Assembly: GCA_023245415.1 (NCBI GenBank)
Contig: JAHFKJ010000005.1
Span: forward strand, 7,535 to 68,825
Length of the DNA: 61,291 bases
Direction: 5' to 3'
DNA from: Candidatus Gottesmanbacteria bacterium
GTDB taxonomy: Bacteria; Patescibacteriota; Microgenomatia; UBA10105
Part shown: in pieces, positions 18,237 through 27,073 of the stretch
Numbering within the stretch: the first letter of the stretch is position 1
How the letters are laid out: every line of letters begins with the position of its first letter
Program-made: the position numbers and the translations under genes
The notes under the pieces: generated by a model
Databases searched by the model: none
Seen by the model: the letters and a program-made list of their open reading frames with translations, nothing else
What the model was told of the DNA's origin: nothing

Positions 18237-19403
18237 ATGTACAAGATGACAAAAATTAAATCTTTCATAGTATTTACGTTAATCCTTATAATTATTTCGG
18301 CATCCCTGTTTATTGGCTGGTACACGGGATATAACCGTCTGGCTTTAACTGCAAATCGCAGCAATTCTATTAACCTTAGCGATATCAGCTTTGTTTATGA
18401 TTTGATAAACAAAAACTATATTGAAAAAATCCCACCCCAAATTCTCGATCAAACAATTGCCGGGATGGTATCAGCGCTTAACGATCCGTATTCGTATTAT
18501 CTAAGTCCCCAAGGCTACCGTCAGTTACGGCAGCAGGATCAAGGTCAATATGTCGGATTGGGATTTTTCTATAGTTACACTCAAAAAGATCTCAAAATCA
18601 TTGAAGTCTTTCCTGATACACCAGCCCGAGAAGCAGGACTTAAAATCGGAGATTTCATTCTCACTCTCGACCAGATTCCCCTTTCGGGCTTTAAAAATGA
18701 AATTGAAGTAAAAAATAAATTGCGGGGAGAAAATGATACTTCAATCACTCTGACCGTCAATCGCAGTCAAAAGATTTTAAACTTCAATTTAAAGCGCCGA
18801 CCAATTCAAATACCTACCCTTACTTATAAATCGCTGTCCAATGGCATCGGCATACTAAAGGTGTACCATTTTAACCCCGATTTAAAAGCGGAGTTTATGA
18901 AAATTGCTCCACAAATTACTCTCGATCAAACGAAAAAACTTATAATTGACTTAAGAAATAATGGTGGTGGAATTGTCGGTATGGATACTTTTTTGGCAGA
19001 CCAATTTGTGTCTTCTGGGATATTAAACCAGGAAATTTATAAAGACACATCGCTTTCACGCTCTATCAGGGCTTCAGGAAATGCTCAATATCAAGATTTG
19101 AAACTGATACTTCTGGTAAATCACGAAACCGCAAGTGCAGCAGAGATATTTACTGCAGCAATTCATGATAATAATCGCGGTCAAATCATCGGCGAAACTA
19201 CTTATGGTAAAGGAGTTTTCACTTCAATATATGAACTGCCTGATGGTTCGGCAATACAACTTACTACCGGCCATTGGCTGACACCCAAAGGCGTTTCAAT
19301 TGACAAAATTGGTATCAAACCGGATTTAGAATTAAAAGATGAAATAATTAATGCGCAAGATATAATTTATAATAAAGCAGTGGAAACACTAAAAACTGAC
19401 TAG
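18237..19403 (+). CDS. S41 carboxyl-terminal processing peptidase with PDZ (second copy)
   Basis: N-terminal TM, a PDZ (GDFILTLD), DLRNNGGG, ASAAEIF and GETTYGKG. Confidence 0.88.
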   Translation: MYKMTKIKSFIVFTLILIIISASLFIGWYTGYNRLALTANRSNSINLSDISFVYDLINKNYIEKIPPQILDQTIAGMVSALNDPYSYYLSPQGYRQLRQQDQGQYVGLGFFYSYTQKDLKIIEVFPDTPAREAGLKIGDFILTLDQIPLSGFKNEIEVKNKLRGENDTSITLTVNRSQKILNFNLKRRPIQIPTLTYKSLSNGIGILKVYHFNPDLKAEFMKIAPQITLDQTKKLIIDLRNNGGGIVGMDTFLADQFVSSGILNQEIYKDTSLSRSIRASGNAQYQDLKLILLVNHETASAAEIFTAAIHDNNRGQIIGETTYGKGVFTSIYELPDGSAIQLTTGHWLTPKGVSIDKIGIKPDLELKDEIINAQDIIYNKAVETLKTD

Positions 19404-19409
19404 CATATC

Positions 19410-19453
19410 GTCTCACCTCGAGGGGGTCCATTCGGCCACCCCGAAGGAGAGAC
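19410..19453. other. GC-rich imperfect hairpin (GTCTC..GGGG..CCCC..GAGAC)
   Basis: GTCTCACCTCGAGGGGGTCCATTCGGCCACCCCGAAGGAGAGAC lies directly after the peptidase stop. No U-tract follows. Confidence 0.4.
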
Positions 19454-19552
19454 TTCATGTTGAAACAAGTACTAAAAATAAATGCTAAAGTTTAATCACT
19501 AAAACTGGATTGATCCTTACATTAATTAGATCGATATGATATAAAATTTCTT

Positions 19553-20131
19553 ATGGACTCTGTACCATCAAATTTAAAACTCTATAATATTGAGCATATT
19601 AATCAAATTTCCGCTGGCGACTTAGCAGTCGGTTATTTAACACATATTGCAGATGTTCATGACACGTCGCCTCATCCGGGGCGTGCAGTGAATCAAAAAA
19701 ACTTATCTAAATACCTGGAATATTTGAATGGATTAACAGCAAACCCGATTCTCGACACCAGACTCGATAATGATGAAGGACAAATTAGACCTTGCAAGGT
19801 TGTAAAAGATTTAAATAAAAACTCAGCTTCAGTAACGTTTCCTATAGGCTTTGATGGTTTGGGTAATACAGTGTTAAATGCATATACACTTTTGGCTGGA
19901 TTATGGCTTGCTGGAATTTCAGGTGCTCAATATGGTCATACAGAATATATGTCATCTCAAACACAGGGTGATAATGAAGTGATAACGATACCTTATTTAG
20001 TGCGTCAGGGAACAATTAAACCCTACGTGCAACAATTTCAGCTAAGCAGAGGAAACGCGAAGCATTTAGCAAGTAAAATAGAGCGAGTATTATTTAAGAC
20101 GGAGGTAGTAATTCCAGACGAACGAATATAA
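19553..20131 (+). CDS. hypothetical protein
   Basis: 192-aa ORF with ordinary composition and no recognisable motif. Confidence 0.55.
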   Translation: MDSVPSNLKLYNIEHINQISAGDLAVGYLTHIADVHDTSPHPGRAVNQKNLSKYLEYLNGLTANPILDTRLDNDEGQIRPCKVVKDLNKNSASVTFPIGFDGLGNTVLNAYTLLAGLWLAGISGAQYGHTEYMSSQTQGDNEVITIPYLVRQGTIKPYVQQFQLSRGNAKHLASKIERVLFKTEVVIPDERI

Positions 20132-20138
20132 ATTAATC

Positions 20139-20813
20139 ATGGACCAAACAAATTATACCTACCAGACTTATAATCTCATTGCCAAGCAGTATGTCGATAA
20201 ATATTACGTCGATCTGACTGATGTTCCCTATATCAATCTACTGCTTAAAGATTTGCCCAAAGGTACAAAAGTCCTGGATGCAGGCTGCGGAGCTGGTCAA
20301 TTTACTGCATATATGCAAAAACAGGGGTTTGACGCACTCGGAATTGATATGTCTGACGCAATGCTCGACTTCGCCCGCCAAAAATCGCCTGACGCGGCTT
20401 TCAAAAAAATGGACTTTACGCAAATGTCTTTTGCCCCAAAGTCATTCGGGGCGATATTATCTGCGTACTCACTCATTCATGTGCCCGAAAAAGAAGTCGT
20501 AACTACACTCAAAGGATTTGCCAACGCGTTGACTGACGCTGGGAAAGTTCTCATCATTGCCCAAAAAGGTGAATCAGACCATGTAGTGAACGAACCTTAT
20601 CAACTCGGGGGGAAACTATTCCTGAATTTTTTTACAGTAGACCGGCTTAAAAACCACTTAATTCAAGCCGGCTTTAATGTGGTATTTGTACAGGAAATTC
20701 TCACTGTTAAAGCTTATTCCTTAGCGGATCATATAATTTATATGATGGGCCAGAAAAACCTGGTAGTATCCACTGCTGCAACTTTTACCAATCCAAATTC
20801 TGGTGAACATTAA
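20139..20813 (+). CDS. class I SAM-dependent methyltransferase
   Basis: Motif I VLDAGCGAGQFT, followed by GIDMSD..L. Confidence 0.85.
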   Translation: MDQTNYTYQTYNLIAKQYVDKYYVDLTDVPYINLLLKDLPKGTKVLDAGCGAGQFTAYMQKQGFDALGIDMSDAMLDFARQKSPDAAFKKMDFTQMSFAPKSFGAILSAYSLIHVPEKEVVTTLKGFANALTDAGKVLIIAQKGESDHVVNEPYQLGGKLFLNFFTVDRLKNHLIQAGFNVVFVQEILTVKAYSLADHIIYMMGQKNLVVSTAATFTNPNSGEH

Positions 20814-20817
20814 ACGC

Positions 20818-21960
20818 TTAATTTTTCCAGTACATATTTAACAACCCAAAATCGAAAGAATTTACCGATCCGCTGCCATTTGTATCAGCTCTCAAATTTG
20901 CAGGAAATATCCAGTTTGCTATCTGCAACTTTATATCATCCGCTGTCAATCCACCCGTTCCGTCAAGATCCACATCTCTTGGTAAAAAACACAATCCGCT
21001 CAAAGACGCATCAATTTCCGCATCGGTCATGAAATTATAGGCAAACCCCTGATCCGGATTCGTTCCAAATGAATCAAATAATAAAAAGCCTTTTATTTTT
21101 GGATCCAGACGCATGATCTCAATTTGATCTTTTAGATTGATAAGTGCCTGCGAACGCGGAACTTTCGTACCACTCCAGGCAGGATTTTGGTCCGATTCAA
21201 ACATGCCGATTTCAGTGAGATAAATATCCTGGTTGGCAAATACGTTACTTGCCACGCTGCGAAGTCGAGAAACCTGACTTGAAATAGTTTCACGCAACAC
21301 CCCATCAACCACATAGCCTTTGAGGTTGTAGCCATTTCCGGCAATACCTGCGAGCTTGTCAAATTGTGCCCCTGCTCTGACCATAGTTGTCACTTCATCG
21401 TTAAGATTGGGATGAGTTAAATTAAAGGCCGGAGACAATAATTTCACATTGGGTCGGGTCACATGAGCAATCACCTGATTCATATAAGTCGTAACCAGAG
21501 GCGCAATTACCCACCATTCACCCGGATTTCCGCCTAACCAGGTTTCGGAAATCGGTTCATTGGGACCAGCGATGGCGTAAAAAGTCCGTCCGCCAACCAA
21601 ATCTGCGATCCGATCCAACACTACGGCATATTTTACCGGGTCTGTAAATCCGCAGGTATTGCCGTAGCAGATACGCAGTATCGGCGTCATCCCATGATCC
21701 AGTGCATATTTAAACGAATCGCTCACTCCCCATTCCTGACCCTCAGCTGTCATCATTTCCAGAGTGTAGCCCAGTTTGTGAGATGCAGCCCGGTCATGTT
21801 GGTTGTTAGCCACTGGACCGACGATCGCGTAATTGATTCCCAGTTTTTTACAGGAAATCTGCCCTGGTTCATTGGCAAAAACCTTCGCTAATTTTAAACT
21901 CCCGATTAAATAGAATAGTCCGGCAAAAATAAAAAATTTAATTATCTTATTTTTTTCCAT
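20818..21960 (-). CDS. secreted clan GH-A-like glycoside hydrolase with C-terminal dockerin-like module
   Basis: Signal/TM N-terminus. GPNEP (acid/base context) and IYLTEIGMF (nucleophile context). Two Ca-binding dockerin repeats, DVDLDGTGGLTADD and DTNGSGSVNSFD. Confidence 0.65.
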   Translation of the reverse strand: MEKNKIIKFFIFAGLFYLIGSLKLAKVFANEPGQISCKKLGINYAIVGPVANNQHDRAASHKLGYTLEMMTAEGQEWGVSDSFKYALDHGMTPILRICYGNTCGFTDPVKYAVVLDRIADLVGGRTFYAIAGPNEPISETWLGGNPGEWWVIAPLVTTYMNQVIAHVTRPNVKLLSPAFNLTHPNLNDEVTTMVRAGAQFDKLAGIAGNGYNLKGYVVDGVLRETISSQVSRLRSVASNVFANQDIYLTEIGMFESDQNPAWSGTKVPRSQALINLKDQIEIMRLDPKIKGFLLFDSFGTNPDQGFAYNFMTDAEIDASLSGLCFLPRDVDLDGTGGLTADDIKLQIANWIFPANLRADTNGSGSVNSFDFGLLNMYWKN

Positions 21961-22029
21961 TATATATATTATATATATTTAATACATAAACCGAATTATA
22001 ATTCAAGCCATACTCCTTTAAACTGCTTT

Positions 22030-22078
22030 AGGGTTCAACCCTTTTGATCAGCAATCCTGGCTAATAGGGTTGAACCCT
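22030..22078. repeat. R1 repeat copy 2 (GGGTTCAACCC, 25 nt spacer, GGGTTGAACCC)
   Basis: 22031-22041 and 22067-22077, in the divergent region between the starts of the GH/dockerin gene and a methyltransferase gene. Confidence 0.85.
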
Positions 22079-22120
22079 ATTAATCATCATGAAGTATAAA
22101 TTTAGTATACTGTATCCTAC

Positions 22121-22882
22121 ATGCGGATTAAGAATACATCCTGGCAAGGGGTAGGCAAATGGTACAATCAATTGGTCAATTCCGATGGCCATTATTATCA
22201 TCAACATGTAATCATTCCAAAAGTCCTCCGGCTTTTAAATCCTAAGTCGACTGATTCTGTTTTAGACTTGGCCTGTGGCCAAGGGGTTTTAGCCCGCAGT
22301 TTGCCCAAAAATGTGACTTATACAGGTTTAGATAATGCATTTAATTTGATTGATACTGCAAAAAAAATTGACCCCAATTACCTACACACCTTCATAACAC
22401 ATGATATCACCCAACCTTTTCCAGCCAACGTTCAACAGTATGAATTTGTAACTATCATCCTCGCACTTCAAAATGTCGAGCATCCCCAGCAAATTCTGGA
22501 TAATGCTTTTAAACACCTTAAACCTCACGGAAAATTTATCATCGTTATAAATCACCCCATGTTTCGCATACCGCGTCAAACATCCTGGGGAATAGATGAG
22601 AAAAACAAACTTCAATACCGCCGGGTCAACCGCTACCTCTCACCCCTAAAAATACCGATAACGACGCGCCCCGGAAAAAGTCAAAGTCCGATCACCTGGT
22701 CGTTTCATTATCCTCTTTCAAGTTTCAGCATAATGCTCAAAACGGCTGGTTTTGGAATAGAACTTCTCGAAGAATGGACGTCTGACAAAGTAAGTGCTGG
22801 AAGTAATGCGAAAATGGAAAATCTAGCCAGACATGAATTTCCTTTATTTATGGCAATATGTGCACTGAAGCTGACGAAATAA
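22121..22882 (+). CDS. class I SAM-dependent methyltransferase
   Basis: Motif I VLDLACGQGVLA, followed by GLDN. Confidence 0.8.
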   Translation: MRIKNTSWQGVGKWYNQLVNSDGHYYHQHVIIPKVLRLLNPKSTDSVLDLACGQGVLARSLPKNVTYTGLDNAFNLIDTAKKIDPNYLHTFITHDITQPFPANVQQYEFVTIILALQNVEHPQQILDNAFKHLKPHGKFIIVINHPMFRIPRQTSWGIDEKNKLQYRRVNRYLSPLKIPITTRPGKSQSPITWSFHYPLSSFSIMLKTAGFGIELLEEWTSDKVSAGSNAKMENLARHEFPLFMAICALKLTK

Positions 22883-22887
22883 TCAAA

Positions 22888-23448
22888 TTAAGCTTCGGAC
22901 GGTGGCGGTGGTTCTTCGGCAGGTGGAGGCTGATTTTCATTTGCCTGAGTCGGATATTGGCCAGATTTTAGCCATTCGATATAGGTACAACCGGTTGCCT
23001 GACGTTTCTCCCGATCCCATCCAGATGTAGAGCATTTTTTCATTTTTTTGCCGTTGGCTGTGGTGTACAATACCAATTTCGCGCTACATTCAGGACACTC
23101 TTCTTCCAAAGGCTCAGTTGTACCGTTTATCCATTCGATAAAATCACAACCTGTAGCCGTTCGCGTCAACTTATCCCAACCCCCGGTTGAACATTTTTTC
23201 ATTTTCTTGCCAAAACGCGTCACCGCAAGCACGACTGGAGAACCGCACTTGGGACATTTCTCATCCAATGTTTGCGGTTCAACCGGAAGCCATTTTACGA
23301 AGTCGCAACCGGTTGGCTTAGTATGCGGATCATAAGGACTTGCCATAGTACACCTTTGCAATTTCCGGCCGGTTCTAGTCACTTGGATCGGACCTAGGGG
23401 GTTCTTGCATTTAGGACATAATTCCTGAGTCTGTGTGCTGTCAGTCAT
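22888..23448 (-). CDS. stand-alone protein with three topoisomerase-type C4 zinc-ribbon repeats and a Pro-rich tail
   Basis: Three copies of CP.C...L......G+K...C......(D/W)......TGC.(F/Y)(V/I)(K/E)W, about 60 aa each. The tail is QPPPAEEPPPPSEA. Confidence 0.7.
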   Translation of the reverse strand: MTDSTQTQELCPKCKNPLGPIQVTRTGRKLQRCTMASPYDPHTKPTGCDFVKWLPVEPQTLDEKCPKCGSPVVLAVTRFGKKMKKCSTGGWDKLTRTATGCDFIEWINGTTEPLEEECPECSAKLVLYTTANGKKMKKCSTSGWDREKRQATGCTYIEWLKSGQYPTQANENQPPPAEEPPPPSEA

Positions 23449-23484
23449 AAATTAACTATACCAAATATATAATCTAAAATAAAG

Positions 23485-23952
23485 TTACCTAATAAACTGC
23501 TCCGTATATTGAATTTCTAGGCCTAATTTGGATGCGACTTGGTGTTCGTTTCTTGCCCCTTTTGACAATTCCCATCTGGGAGTCATAAAAATGTGAGTTA
23601 TAAGCTCACTTTCCAGCACACGTTCCCAAAAAAAATTGAATTTCTGCTCGCGTCTTGATACATCGAGATTTTTCACTTCGTCTAACTTTAAATAAATATG
23701 CGGTGGAAATACATCAGTCGGAGAAAATACCGGAAATTGACTAAATGTGCGGATCTTGAGGGTATGCTTTCTTAAAATTTTTAGGTTAGTCCTAATATTA
23801 TCCGGCCCATCGGAATTAATAATTCCTGAAATGTAGCCGATGTGTGTCCTGGGTTGTCCATTTTTAAATAAACTCAAAACATATAGCAGATTTTTCTGAA
23901 CTTGATTTAGATTTGTAACCCCCTTAAGCGACCTCTGAATCAGTACCTGCAT
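23485..23952 (-). CDS. DUF4406 / nucleoside 2-deoxyribosyltransferase-like protein
   Basis: YISG...DGPDN...N and the C-terminal MTPRWELSKGARNEHQVASKLGLEIQY match the family pattern P.We.S.GA..E...A..lG. The start is taken at ATG 23952, because the 24084 start would overlap thyA. Confidence 0.55.
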   Translation of the reverse strand: MQVLIQRSLKGVTNLNQVQKNLLYVLSLFKNGQPRTHIGYISGIINSDGPDNIRTNLKILRKHTLKIRTFSQFPVFSPTDVFPPHIYLKLDEVKNLDVSRREQKFNFFWERVLESELITHIFMTPRWELSKGARNEHQVASKLGLEIQYTEQFIR

Positions 23953-24057
23953 ACTTTCTAACAAATATAGCAAATCTGGCAATCTATTTGCAAGTGGGTT
24001 TCTGCCTTTACTAAAAAAATCAGAGCGTCTATACTGATAAAGTTTTAAGGAGGATTT

Positions 24058-25056
24058 ATGACCAACACTCACCCCGAGTACCAATATCTAAATCTGCTCC
24101 AGGATATTTTGGACAATGGTACTTGGAAAATCAGTCATTCTACCGGCGTAAAACTCAAAAGTGTTTTTGGCCGGCAGATCCGGTTTGATTTGAATCAGGG
24201 ATTCCCGCTCTTAACCACCAAAAAAGTTTTCGTTAGAGGCATTATTCACGAGCTGATCTGGTTCTTGTCAGGCGAGTCAAATATTAAATATTTAGTAGAT
24301 AATAATGTTCATATTTGGGACGAATGGGCTTACAAAAAATATGAGTGGGCGGTCAAAGACGGTAAAGCTAAACAAATCACGTTTGAAAAATTTATGGAAA
24401 AAATAAAAAATGATAAAAAATTCTTAAAACACTGGGGTGAATTGGGACCAGTTTATGGCGTCCAATGGCGACGGTGGCCCACCTTCGCTAATGTTTCGGC
24501 GGGCAATCCCGCACCCAAAAAAACTGCCCGTGGTGAGCGAAGTCGAACCATTGATCAATTGGGCTGGGCGATTGAAAAAATCAAGAAATATCCGCAAAAA
24601 AAACATTACATCATTTCCGCGTGGAACGCCGGATGTATCTATGAAATGAGCGGTAGCCATGGGGCATCGATGGTGATCGCTCCGTGCCACACGATGTTTC
24701 ATATTAATATTTCCGGTGATAAACTGTCCCTCCTTTTATATCAAAGAAGCGCTGACATGTTTTTGGGTGTGCCGTTTAATATCGCCAGTTACGCGCTGCT
24801 AACGCTGTTACTGGCGCAGGTGACGGGATACAAGCCTGGAGAATTTATTCACACTTTCGGAGATGCCCATATTTATGAAAATCACTTTCCACAGGTCAAA
24901 GAACAGCTTGCCCGAACCCCGCGCCCATTTCCGAAAATTAATTTAAACTCTTACGTCAAAAAAATTGACGATTTCAAATTCGCAGACTTTGAAATTGTTG
25001 ACTACAATCCATACCCGCCGATCAAAGGCGAAATTACGGTAGTCGGAGGGTTTTAG
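24058..25056 (+). CDS. thyA: thymidylate synthase (ThyA) with two insertions
   Basis: GFPLLTTKK, LGPVYGVQWR, SAWN, PCH..F and YQRSADMFLGVPFNIASYALL. Confidence 0.95.
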   Translation: MTNTHPEYQYLNLLQDILDNGTWKISHSTGVKLKSVFGRQIRFDLNQGFPLLTTKKVFVRGIIHELIWFLSGESNIKYLVDNNVHIWDEWAYKKYEWAVKDGKAKQITFEKFMEKIKNDKKFLKHWGELGPVYGVQWRRWPTFANVSAGNPAPKKTARGERSRTIDQLGWAIEKIKKYPQKKHYIISAWNAGCIYEMSGSHGASMVIAPCHTMFHINISGDKLSLLLYQRSADMFLGVPFNIASYALLTLLLAQVTGYKPGEFIHTFGDAHIYENHFPQVKEQLARTPRPFPKINLNSYVKKIDDFKFADFEIVDYNPYPPIKGEITVVGGF

Positions 25057-25058
25057 AA

Positions 25059-25616
25059 ATGAAACCAACCATTTCCATCATCGCTGCAATTTCTAAGAAC
25101 CTCATCATAGGTCAAGAAAATAAACTCCTGTGGCATATACCGGAAGATCTGCGCCGGTTCAAGCAACTGACTCTCAACCACCCAGTCATCATGGGCCGCA
25201 AAACATTTGATTCAATCGGTAATCCGTTACCTAACAGAACCAATATCGTTGTTACCCACGATAAAATTTATTCAACTCGGGGTTGTATTGTAACGCATTC
25301 TTTGACGGAAGCCATCGAAATAGCCAAAAAAAAACTTGAGAAAAACATCCCGTGTCATCCTGAATTTATTTCAGGATATAAAAAGATGCTAAGTCAAGTT
25401 CAACATGACAAAATAGAGGAAATATTTATTATTGGGGGAGGACAAATATACGCCCAAGCTATACATCTTGCGGACAAATTATATTTAACTATCGTTAAAG
25501 GAGAATTTACCGGTGACACTTACTTTCCTGACTATTCGCAGTTTACCCATATAATTTCACGAGAAGATAAAGCTGATGCAAATTATCAATACGTCTTTTT
25601 GGAATTAACCCGTTAA
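25059..25616 (+). CDS. folA: dihydrofolate reductase with about 25-aa insertion
   Basis: IIAA..N..IG..N.LLW..PEDL..FK..T...VIMGRKTF.SIG.PLP.R.NIV and IIGGGQIY. It is coupled to thyA with a 2-nt gap. Confidence 0.92.
   Translation: MKPTISIIAAISKNLIIGQENKLLWHIPEDLRRFKQLTLNHPVIMGRKTFDSIGNPLPNRTNIVVTHDKIYSTRGCIVTHSLTEAIEIAKKKLEKNIPCHPEFISGYKKMLSQVQHDKIEEIFIIGGGQIYAQAIHLADKLYLTIVKGEFTGDTYFPDYSQFTHIISREDKADANYQYVFLELTR
25353..25410. repeat. P1 palindromic element (TGTCAT...ATGACA) embedded in frame in folA
   Basis: Terminal TGTCAT (25353-58) and ATGACA (25405-10). Internal perfect hairpin ATCCTGAA-tttat-TTCAGGAT (25357-25377). It encodes CHPEFISGYKKMLSQVQHD. Confidence 0.75.
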
Positions 25617-25621
25617 TCCCC

Positions 25622-26158
25622 TTACATCGGATATCCTTTTAGCCCCTGAATTCCTTTAAGAACGGAAATCTCACCCGTCATATCATGTATATGACCTATA
25701 AGCAAAATACCAATCATCCACGCCAGCGTTTTTTGTCCTATTCCGATAATTGTCATATCAATTGGCTTTTCCAAATCTTCATCAGTGAGTTCGGAAATAT
25801 AATCTTCGCTTGCCCCAAATACTGCTTGAGCATATTTATGCAGTTCCTGTAAATTAATTTTCACGTCCTTCGTCCAATCGCGATAATGCACCCATTCCGG
25901 TCCCGGCATCGGCATCGGCTTATCGGCGCCAAACTTTCCTTTGAATGTCGTCGCCATCAGGGGCATTTTACCTTGAAGCGTCCCGCAAACTATGCCATCT
26001 TCTGCCAAAACTGCATGTGCGTATGTTGCACCCAATGGATTTGCCGTTCCCGGAGGCGTTACATAAAGATGCTTATCCTCAACTCCTACAATTGTGGCTT
26101 CGAACCAGCCATGGGCTTCTTTGACCTGATCACGCAATAACTTAATTGTTCTGGTCAT
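25622..26158 (-). CDS. DinB-family (four-helix, metal-binding) protein
   Basis: 178 aa with His-containing helices (HGWFE.., YAHAV.., GHIHDMTG) resembling DinB_2. Confidence 0.55.
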   Translation of the reverse strand: MTRTIKLLRDQVKEAHGWFEATIVGVEDKHLYVTPPGTANPLGATYAHAVLAEDGIVCGTLQGKMPLMATTFKGKFGADKPMPMPGPEWVHYRDWTKDVKINLQELHKYAQAVFGASEDYISELTDEDLEKPIDMTIIGIGQKTLAWMIGILLIGHIHDMTGEISVLKGIQGLKGYPM

Positions 26159-26185
26159 AAATTCACTTCCTTGAGCAGGTATAAT

Positions 26186-26557
26186 TTATTTATTTTCAGA
26201 CATCGGCGACATCAACTGGAAATAATTTCCATCAGGATCAGAAAAGGTCGCGATCCACATATCGTGCGCTTCTTTGGGCTGATATGGCTTAGCGATTATC
26301 CTGGCGCCTAATTTTCTAATTTTTTCAAACTCTCCTTTTACATCAGCAGTTTCCCAGTTCATGATAATTCTCGGGGCGTCTTTATTTTTTCCTTTTACAT
26401 CGGTATGTGGACCTACTGCTATAAATCCGTCACCGATTTTAAACCCAAACCAGTCGTGTTCCTGCCACTCGGGTTTGTGTCCCAATATTTTTTCATAAAA
26501 AGCTCCCAAAGTTTTGGGATTTTCCGAGCCCACCAATATGGAATTAAAATTCAACAT
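26186..26557 (-). CDS. VOC (glyoxalase/bleomycin-resistance) family protein
   Basis: FYEKILG, then a beta-alpha-beta module, then FSDPDGNYFQL. Confidence 0.75.
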   Translation of the reverse strand: MLNFNSILVGSENPKTLGAFYEKILGHKPEWQEHDWFGFKIGDGFIAVGPHTDVKGKNKDAPRIIMNWETADVKGEFEKIRKLGARIIAKPYQPKEAHDMWIATFSDPDGNYFQLMSPMSENK

Positions 26558-26686
26558 ATTTTTATAATCTCCTTCTTATAATTAATTTTATTCTAAGGCC
26601 ATCAAAATGTCTATAATCAATTATTTCTCTCACACCCCTTAAAGGAATAGTTTTTAACCGGCGTTTTTTGTACAATATACGAAAAG

Positions 26687-27073
26687 ATGAGTAATCCTTC
26701 TGATGACATGAAGCAAAAACTAACCGCAGAGCAGTACAACATCTGTTTTATGAAAGGGACCGAGCCTCCCTTTAGCGGTAAATATTACAACAATCACCAG
26801 TCAGGCATGTATGTCTGCGTTGCCTGCGGTCAAGTACTATTTCCTTCTGCTACCAAATTTGATTCGGGAACGGGTTGGCCTTCTTTCTGGGATTTAGCCG
26901 TAAAAGCAAATGTTAAAACAAAAGAAGATTTAAGCCTAGGAATGAAACGAACCGAAGTAATGTGCAGTAGATGCGGCGCCCATCTGGGTCACGTGTTTAA
27001 CGACGGCCCTACTCCTACTGGACTTCGATACTGCATTAATTCATTGGCATTAGATTTTCAACCCAAAAAATAA
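26687..27073 (+). CDS. msrB: peptide-methionine (R)-S-oxide reductase
   Basis: Two CxxC pairs (CVACG, CSRCG), GTGWPSF, HLGHVF.DGP and RYCINS. Confidence 0.93.
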   Translation: MSNPSDDMKQKLTAEQYNICFMKGTEPPFSGKYYNNHQSGMYVCVACGQVLFPSATKFDSGTGWPSFWDLAVKANVKTKEDLSLGMKRTEVMCSRCGAHLGHVFNDGPTPTGLRYCINSLALDFQPKK

